Below, piece by piece: positions 9,385-19,113 of a DNA stretch of 64,000 nucleotides. Positions within the stretch are counted from its first letter, which is position 1. Each line of letters starts with the position of its first letter. The notes beneath the pieces are model-generated. The model was given only the letters and a program-made list of their open reading frames with translations, made no database searches and was not told the origin of the DNA. Source of the stretch: Candidatus Helarchaeota archaeon (GTDB lineage: Archaea; Asgardarchaeota; Lokiarchaeia; Helarchaeales; RDOG01); contig JAHPZH010000004.1 of assembly GCA_019058315.1 (NCBI GenBank), forward strand, positions 448,001 to 512,000, given 5' to 3'. The translations under genes were made by a program, and so were the position numbers.

Positions 9385-12054
9385 CTAAGTTTTTATACTC
9401 TCACTTTGAATTTCTTTAAATCGAGGTAGAAATACGAAAAATGTCGAACCTTTACCGTACTCACTCTCTACAAATATATCTCCTTTATGTAATCGAGTTA
9501 AATCACGTGCGATAGGAAGTCCTAATCCTGTTCCAGGAATATCATTTACATCTTCAGATCTGAAAAATCGATCAAATAAAAATGGTAAATCTTTTTCATG
9601 TATACCTCTTCCAAAATCGGAAAATCGAACTAAAACTCCATCATTTTTATGTTTATTATATTCACCTTTATAATGGTCTATTACATCTATTTTTATTTTA
9701 GTTTTTTCATCAGAGTACTTTATAGCATTATCGATAATAATTCTAAAGACTTGTCCAATTCTTTTTGAATCTCCATATAATAATATCTGTTCATTTCCTT
9801 CAACTTCTATAGAAATTTCTTTTGCAGATCGATTAGGTTCCATTTGCATTAAAATATCATTAAGCACCTCTAAAGGTTGGTATTGGGACCATTCGATTTC
9901 TAATCTTTTTTCATCTATCCGAGATACTAGAAGAAGATCATTTACTAACTCCTCCAACACTTTAGCATTCTGAGACATCAGAGATAATAGTAATTCTTGC
10001 TGCCCTTTTGATATATTACTTTCATACTTTTTTAAATTATGGAGCGATTGAATGATTACTGTTATCGGTGTGCGTAATTCATGAGAAACGGTAGAAACAA
10101 ATTGTTTCCGCATATTATCAAAATTAACAAATGGTGAAACGTCACGAACTTCAATTATCGCCCCAAGAGAGGATTTATCGTGAAAACTATTGCCCGTAGA
10201 AACGAACTGTAGATGCAATCCTTCCTTTGGTTCAATAGTCACTATTTTAGGTTTTCCTACTAAAAATAATTCTTTTATCTTCTCATCAAAGGTATTCTGT
10301 GGTTCAAAATAATAATCAAATACATTAGGCATCTGCTGATTAAAAATTCTTTGATAATAATCTTTTAAGGTCCTGTTAACTAATGCTAAATTTCCGTCAC
10401 TATCCAGAACTAATATCCCGTCAGAAATTGTGTTGATAATATATTCAATACGTCTTTTCTCTTCAGCCAAACTCCAAGTCTTTTCTATAACTTGTTCGGC
10501 TAAAGAATCTCTAGCTTTAGCAAGCTCCCTAATTGCCTCCTTCCTTTCAGTAATATCTATAAACGATCCCATCATACAGATAGGCTTACCATTTTTATCC
10601 ATTACAGTACTGACGGAAAGTTGGACATCAAAGAATGAATTATCTTTTCTTTTAGCAATTAATTCACCGATCCAACTTCCTTCTTTGCGAAGTTTTTCTA
10701 TTATCATTTGACCGATGTCTTCATTTTGCCAAAATTCTAAAGCAGATTTTCCTAATAATTCTTCTTTATCATCATAACCCCACATTTTAAGAAAGGAATT
10801 ATTCACATATGTTAAAACACCACTAAGATCAGTAATGGCAATGGCATTAATAGACGATGCTATGGCGCTATCCTTTATTTTCAATTCCTTTTCTACCCGC
10901 TTTCTCTCAGTGATGTCCCTAGATATTTGAATTCCCTTTAATTTACCATCTATATCTATAAATGTCCTACCTTTTGTTCCAAACCAGATATAACTACCAT
11001 TTTTATGCTTGATTCGTAACTCCGCATTTGCATTACCCTTATTTAGACCATTTGCTAGACCTCGATATGCTTGATCAAGATCATTTGGATGAACAAAATC
11101 TAAGCTAACCTTTCCTATCAACTCCTCTTTTGAATAACCCATTAATTTTTTATGAATTTTTTCGTTAATATATTCGAATTCAAATTTGTCATTAATAATC
11201 ATAATTAGATCATTTGCGTTTTCTGTTATAAGTCGATATTTTTCTTCAGATTCTTCTAGTTTTTCCTTAGCTTTCATTTTTTCCGAAATATCATCATACA
11301 CAGCAACAATTTCTCCAGTAGATAATTTATATACGAAGTTTTCTCGCCAACCTTCAATTCTACAATCTTTGTAAAATGAAATAGGAAGGTGTTCTGGAGT
11401 CCCAGTTTTCCAGACTCTTTTGAAAACATCAAATAAACCAAATTCTTCTATACCAGGAAAAACATCCATTACAGATTTTCCTATTACTTGTTCTTTTTTT
11501 ATGTTTTCAATTCTCTCAGCAGCTCTATTAAAATCTTTAAAAATAAAATTCTCTCCATCATTAATAGATTCATAAACTGCAACCCCACTACTCATATTTT
11601 CTATAATATTTCGATATTTTTCCTCTGATTCTTTTAACTCTTTTTTTAAGCTTTGTTTCTTTAAAGCGTCGTTTATTTTATAGATTATTTCTTTCATATG
11701 TGTAGGTTTAACAAAATAACCATCAGCACCTTCATCAAGAGCATTTATAGCATTTTCTATTGTGGCATTACCAGTTACTATCATACAAACCATATCGGGA
11801 TGGATTTCTTTGAAATTTTTGAGAATTTCTATCCCATTCATGTCAGGAAGTTTTAAATCAATTATTGCTGCATTAAAATATTGATTCTTTACTTTTTCAA
11901 TAGCGATTCTTCCTGTATTAGCGATTCCGACTTCATAATCTATCTCCTCAAAAATAGAACAAATTGTTTCACATATCCCCTCATCATCATCCACAATTAG
12001 TATTTTTTTTGAGTTAATGCTAATCACTCCTTTATCTTTCAAAAGAAATCTCAT
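9385..12054 (-). CDS. Hybrid histidine kinase REC-(PAS)4-HisKA-HATPase
   Basis: N-terminal REC (VDDD, IDLKLP, KP), four PAS units, H-box VSHELRTPIT, N-box IDNAIKYS, G boxes DFGRGI and GTGLGL. True start may be a few codons downstream (12027 or 12018). Confidence 0.9.
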   Translation of the reverse strand: MRFLLKDKGVISINSKKILIVDDDEGICETICSIFEEIDYEVGIANTGRIAIEKVKNQYFNAAIIDLKLPDMNGIEILKNFKEIHPDMVCMIVTGNATIENAINALDEGADGYFVKPTHMKEIIYKINDALKKQSLKKELKESEEKYRNIIENMSSGVAVYESINDGENFIFKDFNRAAERIENIKKEQVIGKSVMDVFPGIEEFGLFDVFKRVWKTGTPEHLPISFYKDCRIEGWRENFVYKLSTGEIVAVYDDISEKMKAKEKLEESEEKYRLITENANDLIMIINDKFEFEYINEKIHKKLMGYSKEELIGKVSLDFVHPNDLDQAYRGLANGLNKGNANAELRIKHKNGSYIWFGTKGRTFIDIDGKLKGIQISRDITERKRVEKELKIKDSAIASSINAIAITDLSGVLTYVNNSFLKMWGYDDKEELLGKSALEFWQNEDIGQMIIEKLRKEGSWIGELIAKRKDNSFFDVQLSVSTVMDKNGKPICMMGSFIDITERKEAIRELAKARDSLAEQVIEKTWSLAEEKRRIEYIINTISDGILVLDSDGNLALVNRTLKDYYQRIFNQQMPNVFDYYFEPQNTFDEKIKELFLVGKPKIVTIEPKEGLHLQFVSTGNSFHDKSSLGAIIEVRDVSPFVNFDNMRKQFVSTVSHELRTPITVIIQSLHNLKKYESNISKGQQELLLSLMSQNAKVLEELVNDLLLVSRIDEKRLEIEWSQYQPLEVLNDILMQMEPNRSAKEISIEVEGNEQILLYGDSKRIGQVFRIIIDNAIKYSDEKTKIKIDVIDHYKGEYNKHKNDGVLVRFSDFGRGIHEKDLPFLFDRFFRSEDVNDIPGTGLGLPIARDLTRLHKGDIFVESEYGKGSTFFVFLPRFKEIQSESIKT

Positions 12055-12440
12055 TCTTTATCATTATTTTTTAGTTTCTTTATGGTTTGATTCATAAAAT
12101 TTATTATTTTTTCAATATCAAATGGTTTGTAAAGAATTCCATCGACTCCTAGATCTAGAGCTTCTTTGATAAGCTCTTCTACCGAATAGGCTGTCATCAT
12201 AACAATCTTAATAAATGGTCTTATATTTCTTACCCGCTTTAACGTCTCCACTCCGTCAATACCAGGCATCTTGATATCCAAAAAAGCCAGATCATAAAAC
12301 TTCTCACCAATCAACTCTATAGCTTGATAACCATCATTAGCAACATCTACATCAATATTGAAATCCTCAAAAATATCCTTCATAGTTTCACTTATTCCAA
12401 TATCGTCATCAACGATAAGTACATTAATTTTAACTGTCAT
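12051..12440 (-). CDS. Single-domain receiver (CheY-like) protein
   Basis: VDDD, LDIKMPG, MTAY, KPF; ATGA overlaps on both sides. Confidence 0.92.
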   Translation of the reverse strand: MTVKINVLIVDDDIGISETMKDIFEDFNIDVDVANDGYQAIELIGEKFYDLAFLDIKMPGIDGVETLKRVRNIRPFIKIVMMTAYSVEELIKEALDLGVDGILYKPFDIEKIINFMNQTIKKLKNNDKE

Positions 12441-13678
12441 TTCATATTCTCCTTTTTTCCAAATGGTATTCTAATAGTAATTGTTGTTCCTATATCTGAT
12501 TCACTTTCGACTCCTATCTCACCTTCATGTAATTCAATGATATTCTTGACTAAAGTTAATCCCAGTCCAATTCCATAGATTTTAGTACTAAAAAGTGGGT
12601 TGAATATTTTGTATAAGTTTATTTTCGGGATACCCATACCCGAGTCTTTGAATATTATTTCGACTAATGAATCATTTTTTTTGGTTTTTATCCCCAAATT
12701 TCCTCCGTTTGGCATAGCCTCAACAGAATTTTTAATAATATTTTGAAATACTTGATGAATTAAAAGTCTATCGATTTCTATTAACGGAAGACTATAATCC
12801 AAATTTAATTTTAATGCAATATTAGTAGGAAATTCGTAATCTTCTAAAAATTCTTTAATTAAGAGATTAATATCTCCCATTTCAAGATTTAATTTATTTA
12901 AGCTTGTTAAATTAAGTAAATGGGTTACTAATTTATTAGACCTTTCAACCTCCTTTTGCATCATTTTAAGATGTTTTCTAATTTTTTCATCCGAATTTTT
13001 AAGTCTTAAAGTTAGGTAATAGATGGAATTATTAATTACTCCAAGAGGATTTCTAATTTCATGCCCAATTTTCTCTGCAAGAATTCCTAAAGTTGCTAAT
13101 TTCTCCTTATATACATAGTCTTCAAAAAATGTTTCAAGTTTTTGGCTATGATATAATAATTCAAGGTGAGTTTCAACAAGCTCCTTGAACTTTCGAATTA
13201 ACTTTTCATATTTTTTAGTATAACTATTCTCTTTTAAATCAAGTACACAGATAGTGCCAAACACTTCTTCATCAGGCCAGAACAATGGAAAACCTAAATA
13301 GGAAATCATTCCTAGTTTAATGTCTGGATTATTATTCCAAACCTCATTTTTTAAAGCATTGGAAATTAATAACTTCTTTTTAGTCTTAATTACTGTCTCA
13401 CAATAAAGTCCCGCTAAAAGTTCCTTATTTCCTACCTTATATGGATTATTGGCTGTTTCGCTGGAGCAAAAAACTTTAATGTAAGGTTGTTCAACTTTCA
13501 TTATTAATGCTGCTGGGACTTGAATGATTTCTGCTAAAATATTTACAATTTCCTGCCATTTTTCAATTATTTTGTTATATATGATTATATTTTCTTTATT
13601 GAACAGCTTATTTGACAGTGTTTTGTTCCTATCTATAATAATTTCATTTTTATTAGTTATATCACTTTTAGCTTTTAT
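12437..13678 (-). CDS. GAF-HisKA-HATPase histidine kinase; start upstream of ATG 13501, probably non-AUG
   Basis: GAF core (YCETV...YLGFPLFWPDEEVFGTICVLD), H-box GHEIRNPL, G boxes. The frame is open for 59 codons upstream of 13501 and encodes the GAF N-terminal helix KWQEIVNILAEIIQVPAALI. It contains no ATG/GTG/TTG; ATA 13678 follows GGGGGGTTGA. Confidence 0.8.
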   Translation of the reverse strand: MKAKSDITNKNEIIIDRNKTLSNKLFNKENIIIYNKIIEKWQEIVNILAEIIQVPAALIMKVEQPYIKVFCSSETANNPYKVGNKELLAGLYCETVIKTKKKLLISNALKNEVWNNNPDIKLGMISYLGFPLFWPDEEVFGTICVLDLKENSYTKKYEKLIRKFKELVETHLELLYHSQKLETFFEDYVYKEKLATLGILAEKIGHEIRNPLGVINNSIYYLTLRLKNSDEKIRKHLKMMQKEVERSNKLVTHLLNLTSLNKLNLEMGDINLLIKEFLEDYEFPTNIALKLNLDYSLPLIEIDRLLIHQVFQNIIKNSVEAMPNGGNLGIKTKKNDSLVEIIFKDSGMGIPKINLYKIFNPLFSTKIYGIGLGLTLVKNIIELHEGEIGVESESDIGTTITIRIPFGKKENMK

Positions 13679-15146
13679 TCTTCAACCCCCCTTCAATCAT
13701 ATTTGGTAATTTAATTATAAAAGTCGTTCCTACTCCAACTTTGCTTTCGAATTCTATTGTACCTTTATGTAACTCAATTATATCTTTCACAATTGGCAAA
13801 CCCAATCCAATCCCTTTAGCTTTAGTACTAAAAAGTGGTTCAAATATCTTTTGATAATTTTCTTCTGGAATCCCTACCCCTGTATCTTCAAAATATAATT
13901 CTATCATATTATCAATTTTTTTCGTTTTAATAACAATAATACCACCTTTTGGCATAGCTTGGATTGAATTGGTGATTAAATTCTGAAAAACTTGTTGTAA
14001 TTTAATCGGATCTATGAGACATTTTGGCAATTTTGAATCTAAATCTAATTCTATAATTATCGATGCAGGAACATTAATGTTTGAAAGAGTTGCCTTAATT
14101 AATGAATTAATATCTCTCATTTCAAGGATTGGTGAACTTACTCTAGCAAAATCAAGTAAATCCTTTAAGATCCTGTTAGACTTCTCCACTTCTCTTTGTA
14201 ATATATTAAGATGTTTCCTGACTTTTTTGTCACCATTTTTAAATCTCATATTTATAAAATAAATTGAATTACTGATTACTCCCAGAGGATTACGAAGTTC
14301 GTGACCTACACTTCCTGCAAGTTTTCCCACGGCAGCTAATTTTTCCTTACGTATCAATTCTTTTTGAGCTTCCTTAAGTTCTTTTGTTCTTTCTTCTATT
14401 TTTGTCTCTAATTCTTCATTAAGAAGACGAAGTGCCACTTCCATGTTCTTCCTTTCTGTTATATCCCGCAAAGAAGCAATACACGCCCTCTCACCCTTCC
14501 AACCCGTCTTAACTACCCTCATCTCTACTATCTTGGTCTCACCTTTTCTACTAACAACATTTATTTCGGTATTTTCTCCTACTACAACCGGAAAACCGAA
14601 TAGTTCTCCTATTAGATTTTCCCTATTACGATCAAAAAGGGATTCTGAAGCAGGATTAGCAAAAAGAACTACTCCATTTTTATCTACAACTACAACGCCA
14701 TCTGAGTTTTTTTCAATGAGAGTTCGGAATTTATCTTCACTTTGTCTTAGTCTATGTTCAAGTTGTTTACGCTCGATAGATCGTATCAAAGTCGGTTTTA
14801 ATAAATATTCAATAAAATTTTCTTTGATTAAATAATCTTGTGCTCCTTCTTTTAATGCTCTAAATCCTAATTTTTCATCATCTAGAGCTGTCAATATTAT
14901 TATTGGTATATTCGGAGCATAATTATAGGTCTTTTTAAATGTTTCAAATCCATAACTATCTGGAAGAGTAAGGTCTAGTATAATTACATCAATATCGCTA
15001 TTGGCTAAAATTTTAAAAGCTTCAGATAAATTTGTTTTGTGGGTTAATTGAAAAAAATCCTCGTCAACTGATAATAATTCCTTTATTAATCTGGCATCTC
15101 CAGGATTATCTTCAACCAGTAATATCCTAATTAGTCTATCTTCCAT
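13668..15146 (-). CDS. Hybrid histidine kinase REC-PAS-HisKA-HATPase
   Basis: [23 protein letters not shown]; one PAS; H-box GHELRNPL; DTGVGI and GIGLGL. Confidence 0.92.
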   Translation of the reverse strand: MEDRLIRILLVEDNPGDARLIKELLSVDEDFFQLTHKTNLSEAFKILANSDIDVIILDLTLPDSYGFETFKKTYNYAPNIPIIILTALDDEKLGFRALKEGAQDYLIKENFIEYLLKPTLIRSIERKQLEHRLRQSEDKFRTLIEKNSDGVVVVDKNGVVLFANPASESLFDRNRENLIGELFGFPVVVGENTEINVVSRKGETKIVEMRVVKTGWKGERACIASLRDITERKNMEVALRLLNEELETKIEERTKELKEAQKELIRKEKLAAVGKLAGSVGHELRNPLGVISNSIYFINMRFKNGDKKVRKHLNILQREVEKSNRILKDLLDFARVSSPILEMRDINSLIKATLSNINVPASIIIELDLDSKLPKCLIDPIKLQQVFQNLITNSIQAMPKGGIIVIKTKKIDNMIELYFEDTGVGIPEENYQKIFEPLFSTKAKGIGLGLPIVKDIIELHKGTIEFESKVGVGTTFIIKLPNMIEGGLKNKS

Positions 15147-15257
15147 TTCTTTTTTTCCATTAATTTTTATTCAATAACCTATATACTTTTTTAAATTAAT
15201 TCTAAATCTTTCAGATTTACTCATAATTCAAACCATTTATTCAATTCATTTTTTTTA

Positions 15258-16778
15258 TTATTGTCTCTTGAATAATTCATCAATTTTGCCAATTTCCTCC
15301 ATTTCAATATGAGTTGGACTTCCAGCAATAATCCCGATTACATTTTTGAAAGGGTTACCAATATGTAATCCTTTATTATCAATGATAATTTCACGAATGT
15401 CTTTATCATGCATAGAACCACGCATTTTAAGGACTGCTAATCCCCTATGCATTTTTCCGTACATTTCAACATATCTAAGTAAGATAATAAGATCGGTTAT
15501 TGTGGATATATGCATTTCTGTAATGGAAGTGCCACCCATTAAAGTTGGAGTAGTAGCTGTGAAAAGTCCGGCAATTTCTTTTTGTTTTATAAATGAAGTT
15601 ATTCCAATTACGAATTCTCGGAAACTTTTTTTTGTAGAAACACGTTCTAAAGCAGACAAGCTATCAATTGCAATGCGTTCTGGCTTAAAATCATTTATAA
15701 CTCTTTTTAAATTTATTAAATGATCTTCTAAATTAGCACTTTCTGGATATACACAAACAACTTTAAGTTTGCCTTCTTCTTCAAATGGAACAAAATTTAT
15801 TCCCCAACCTAGTGCATTTCTAAAAAGTTGTTGTCGGCTCTCCTCAAATGCAAAATATATACAATTTTCTCCTCTTTCTAGTCCACCATTTATAAACATT
15901 GTAGACATGAGGGTTTTTCCAGTTCCTGTAGCACCTGAAATAAGAATGATTGAATCTCTATAAAATCCACCCCCACACATTTCATCTAATTCTTTTATAC
16001 CCGAATAAATACGAATATTTGAGGATTCTTGTTTCAACTCAATTGCGGAAAGTGGGATGACTATAATGCCTTCATTTGGTATAATTGTAAAAGGAAATTC
16101 TCCCTTTTGATGATAAGTTCCCCGAAATTTCAGAATTTCTACAGTGCGACGACGTTCTTCATCATCCAAAACATTACGTAAAATAACCACATTATCTGTA
16201 ACAAATTCTTCGACATCCAACCGTGTAACAGAACCATATTCGTCGATTCTCTCTGCTGTTAAAATAGATGTGACTTTTAATTTTTTTAAAGTTGAAGCTA
16301 ATCTAAATATTTCATCCCGTACAACTGAGTGATCTTTAAACTGAGAAAAAATTGCACCTAAAGAGTCTAAAGAAATTCGTTTTGCGTTAATTTTCTGGAT
16401 AGCATATGTAATTCTGGATAATAAAGCTTCCAAATCATAATCACCCGTTACAATTTTCTTCATTCCTGGTTCGGGAGATGCATTTACAAATAACCATTTA
16501 CCATTTCCCTCCCATTTTTCTATATCCCAATCAAAACCTAACATATTTTCGCGGATATCTTCAGGAGTTTCTTCGAAAGTAACAAAAACCCCATTTTCAT
16601 TTGATTTTATAATTCCCTCTGCAAGAAATTGAGCAGCAAAAACTGTTTTTGCGCTACCTGATGTTCCTGTAACGAGTGTAGTACGAAATTTCGGCAAACC
16701 TCCATCAGAAATTATATCAAAACCTGGAATTCCAGTAGGTATTTTTTGAATTTGTTTATTCTTTTTATCTTCCTTCAT
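15258..16778 (-). CDS. kaiC: Circadian-clock-type KaiC (double domain, KaiC3-like), copy 2
   Basis: CI Walker A GTSGSAKT and TFEE; CII GATGTGKT and AFEES; phosphosite segment SITEMHISTITD; KMRGS; A-loop-like tail PFKNVIGIIAGSPT. Confidence 0.95.
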   Translation of the reverse strand: MKEDKKNKQIQKIPTGIPGFDIISDGGLPKFRTTLVTGTSGSAKTVFAAQFLAEGIIKSNENGVFVTFEETPEDIRENMLGFDWDIEKWEGNGKWLFVNASPEPGMKKIVTGDYDLEALLSRITYAIQKINAKRISLDSLGAIFSQFKDHSVVRDEIFRLASTLKKLKVTSILTAERIDEYGSVTRLDVEEFVTDNVVILRNVLDDEERRRTVEILKFRGTYHQKGEFPFTIIPNEGIIVIPLSAIELKQESSNIRIYSGIKELDEMCGGGFYRDSIILISGATGTGKTLMSTMFINGGLERGENCIYFAFEESRQQLFRNALGWGINFVPFEEEGKLKVVCVYPESANLEDHLINLKRVINDFKPERIAIDSLSALERVSTKKSFREFVIGITSFIKQKEIAGLFTATTPTLMGGTSITEMHISTITDLIILLRYVEMYGKMHRGLAVLKMRGSMHDKDIREIIIDNKGLHIGNPFKNVIGIIAGSPTHIEMEEIGKIDELFKRQ

Positions 16779-17080
16779 TTTTTTTCACTCTTATTATCTG
16801 TTTTAGCTTGATTTATTAACTCCAAACCTACTAAAACCTTCTCTCTATCAGATAAATCACCAATAATCATTCGAAGTGGAGGAGGTAATTTTTTAATCAA
16901 AGTTGGTGTAGCTAATATTTTTTCATCCTCAGCTAATTGTGGACTTTCTAGAACATTAATAATTTTCAATTCATATTTTCCTTTTAAATCGGATTCACAT
17001 ATTTGACATAGATTCGAAATAGCTTTCTGGGACCTTGAACTATCACCTGTTATGTATAATCTTAAAATATATTTTTCCAA
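16775..17080 (-). CDS. kaiB: KaiB (KaiB3-like), copy 2
   Basis: YILRLYITG, PQLAEDEKILATPTLIKKLPPP, IIGDLSDREKVL; ATGA overlap with kaiC. Confidence 0.95.
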   Translation of the reverse strand: MEKYILRLYITGDSSRSQKAISNLCQICESDLKGKYELKIINVLESPQLAEDEKILATPTLIKKLPPPLRMIIGDLSDREKVLVGLELINQAKTDNKSEKK

Positions 17081-17129
17081 ATCAATTCACTAAGTTCATT
17101 TATTCTGTATTTTATTTCATTTACAATAT

Positions 17130-18653
17130 TTATTCGTTAAACATATCTCTAAATCGCTCAATTTCATCTTTAGTAAAATGTTGTGGAACTCCTGACAAAA
17201 TACCTGTGATATTTCTAAATGGTTTTCCTATATGCATCCCTTGATTATCAATAGTGAACTCTCGAATTTGTTTATCGTGTATAGATCCTCTCATTTTAAG
17301 TACTGTTATACCTCGCCGCATTTCTCCAAACATTTCTACATATCGAAGTAATATAATAGAATCTGTAATAGTTGATATGTGAGTCTCCGTTATAGAAGTG
17401 CCACCCATTAATGAAGGAGTAGTAGATGTAAAAAGACCTGCAATTTCTTGATGTTTTATAAACGATGTTATACCAATTACAAACTCACGAAATCCCTTGG
17501 GTATCGAAACTCGTTCGAGGGCAGAAAGACTATCCACTGCTATACGATTTGGTTTAAACTCTTGGATGATTTTCCTTATTTTAATAAGATGGTCTTCGAG
17601 ACCAGCAGTTTCAGGATATTCACAAACAACCTTAATTTTACCAAGTTTCTCCATTTCCTCAAAATTAATTCCCCAACCAATTGCATTTCTAAAAAGTTGT
17701 TCTCTACTTTCCTCAAAGGCAAATAATAGACATTTTTCACCATTTTTCGCACCACCAGCAATAAATTCGGTTACCATAAGTGTTTTACCAGTTCCTGTAG
17801 CACCTGATACTAGGATAATAGAATCTCGAAAGATTCCGCCACCACACATCCCATCTAAAGTGATATTGCCAGATGAAATGCGTACCTCAGAAGATTTTTG
17901 TTTTAATTCAATTGCAGAAAGTGGTATCACTATAATCCCTTGATTCGGAATAATTGTAAAGGGATATTCTCCTTTATTATGAGTTGCACCCCTGAACTTA
18001 AGTATCTCCATCGTTCTACGACGTTTTTCTCCTTCTAGAACATTTCTTAGAATTACCACGTTATCTGAAACAAATTCTTCTACACCATAACGAGCAATTT
18101 CACCATATTCTTGAATCCTTTCCGCTGTTAAAATAACCGTTACTCTCAATTTCTTAAAAGCTGAAGCAATACGGAAAAGTTCTTTACGAATATTTGTAGT
18201 ATCAGTGAATTGGGTAAAAATTGCGCTAATTGAATCCATAGCAACTCGTTTTGCTCCAACTTTATTAATGGCATGTTCAATACGAACTAAAAGAGCCCCT
18301 AAATTAAATTCTCCGGCTTCAATATTCTCAATTTCTGGAACTGGTGATGCATCTACAAAAACCCATTTTCCATCTTTTTCCCATCTAACTATATCAAAAC
18401 CTAGACTAATCATATTTCTTCTTATATCATTAGGGGATTCTTCAAAAGTAATAAAAACGCAATTAGCATTAAATTTTTCAATGCCTTTAGCAAGAAATTG
18501 TACAGCAAAGACTGTTTTAGCGCTACCTGAAGATCCCGTAACCAATGTTGTACGTTCTTTGGGAAGACCTCCATCGGAAATAATGTCAAACCCTGTTATT
18601 CCAGTTTTAATTTTTTCGACTGGTAATAGTTGTTCTATTATCATTTTTTTCAC
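17130..18653 (-). CDS. kaiC: Circadian-clock-type KaiC (double domain, KaiC3-like), copy 1
   Basis: GSSGSAKT/TFEES and GATGTGKT/AFEES; SITETHISTITDSIILLRYVE; KMRGS; tail PFRNITGILSGVP. Confidence 0.95.
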   Translation of the reverse strand: MKKMIIEQLLPVEKIKTGITGFDIISDGGLPKERTTLVTGSSGSAKTVFAVQFLAKGIEKFNANCVFITFEESPNDIRRNMISLGFDIVRWEKDGKWVFVDASPVPEIENIEAGEFNLGALLVRIEHAINKVGAKRVAMDSISAIFTQFTDTTNIRKELFRIASAFKKLRVTVILTAERIQEYGEIARYGVEEFVSDNVVILRNVLEGEKRRRTMEILKFRGATHNKGEYPFTIIPNQGIIVIPLSAIELKQKSSEVRISSGNITLDGMCGGGIFRDSIILVSGATGTGKTLMVTEFIAGGAKNGEKCLLFAFEESREQLFRNAIGWGINFEEMEKLGKIKVVCEYPETAGLEDHLIKIRKIIQEFKPNRIAVDSLSALERVSIPKGFREFVIGITSFIKHQEIAGLFTSTTPSLMGGTSITETHISTITDSIILLRYVEMFGEMRRGITVLKMRGSIHDKQIREFTIDNQGMHIGKPFRNITGILSGVPQHFTKDEIERFRDMFNE

Positions 18654-18663
18654 CTCTTTTTTT

Positions 18664-18945
18664 TTAATCTGTAAAAGTCTCTAAATCAAGTCCTAACAAA
18701 ACCTTGTCTTTATTAGAGAGATCACCTATGATTCTTCGTATTGGTGGAGGTAGTTCTTTAATTAATGCAGGTGTGGCGATGATTTTCTCATCCTCAGCTA
18801 ATTGTGGTCTTTCGAGAACATCAATTATCTCGATTTCATATTTATCCTTTAAATTTTCCTCACACATACGACGTAAGTTAATAATTGCTCTCTCAGATTG
18901 TGGCGTATGGCCTGTAATGTATAACCTCAACAAAGATTTATTCAT
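18664..18945 (-). CDS. kaiB: KaiB (KaiB3-like), copy 1
   Basis: LRLYITGHTPQS, IDVLERPQLAEDEKIIATPALIKELPPPIRRIIGDLS; GGAGGT RBS. Confidence 0.95.
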   Translation of the reverse strand: MNKSLLRLYITGHTPQSERAIINLRRMCEENLKDKYEIEIIDVLERPQLAEDEKIIATPALIKELPPPIRRIIGDLSNKDKVLLGLDLETFTD

Positions 18946-19025
18946 AAAATACCTCCATTTAAAGAAATTTTTTTATTTTTTGAAAAGTAATTTTTTAAAT
19001 TTAATTTAAACGCTAATTTTACCAT
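18942..19025 (-). CDS. Possible small ORF (27 aa, MVKLAFKLNLKNYFSKNKKISLNGGIL)
   Basis: GGAGGA lies 5 nt before ATG 19025, and the TGA overlaps the kaiB ATG (ATGA). Confidence 0.35.
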   Translation of the reverse strand: MVKLAFKLNLKNYFSKNKKISLNGGIL

Positions 19026-19026
19026 T

Positions 19027-19113
19027 TTAATCCTCCATTTGTATTTTAATTCTATTTTCATGTTCTGTCTCAATTTTTTTTGAATGATTTGATTTTCTAA
19101 ATATATTATTCAT
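19027..19113 (-). CDS. Possible small ORF (28 aa, [28 protein letters not shown])
   Basis: The ATG overlaps the kaiA3 stop (ATGAATAA), GAGG lies upstream, and the stop is 1 nt before the next sORF. Confidence 0.3.
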   Translation of the reverse strand: MNNIFRKSNHSKKIETEHENRIKIQMED

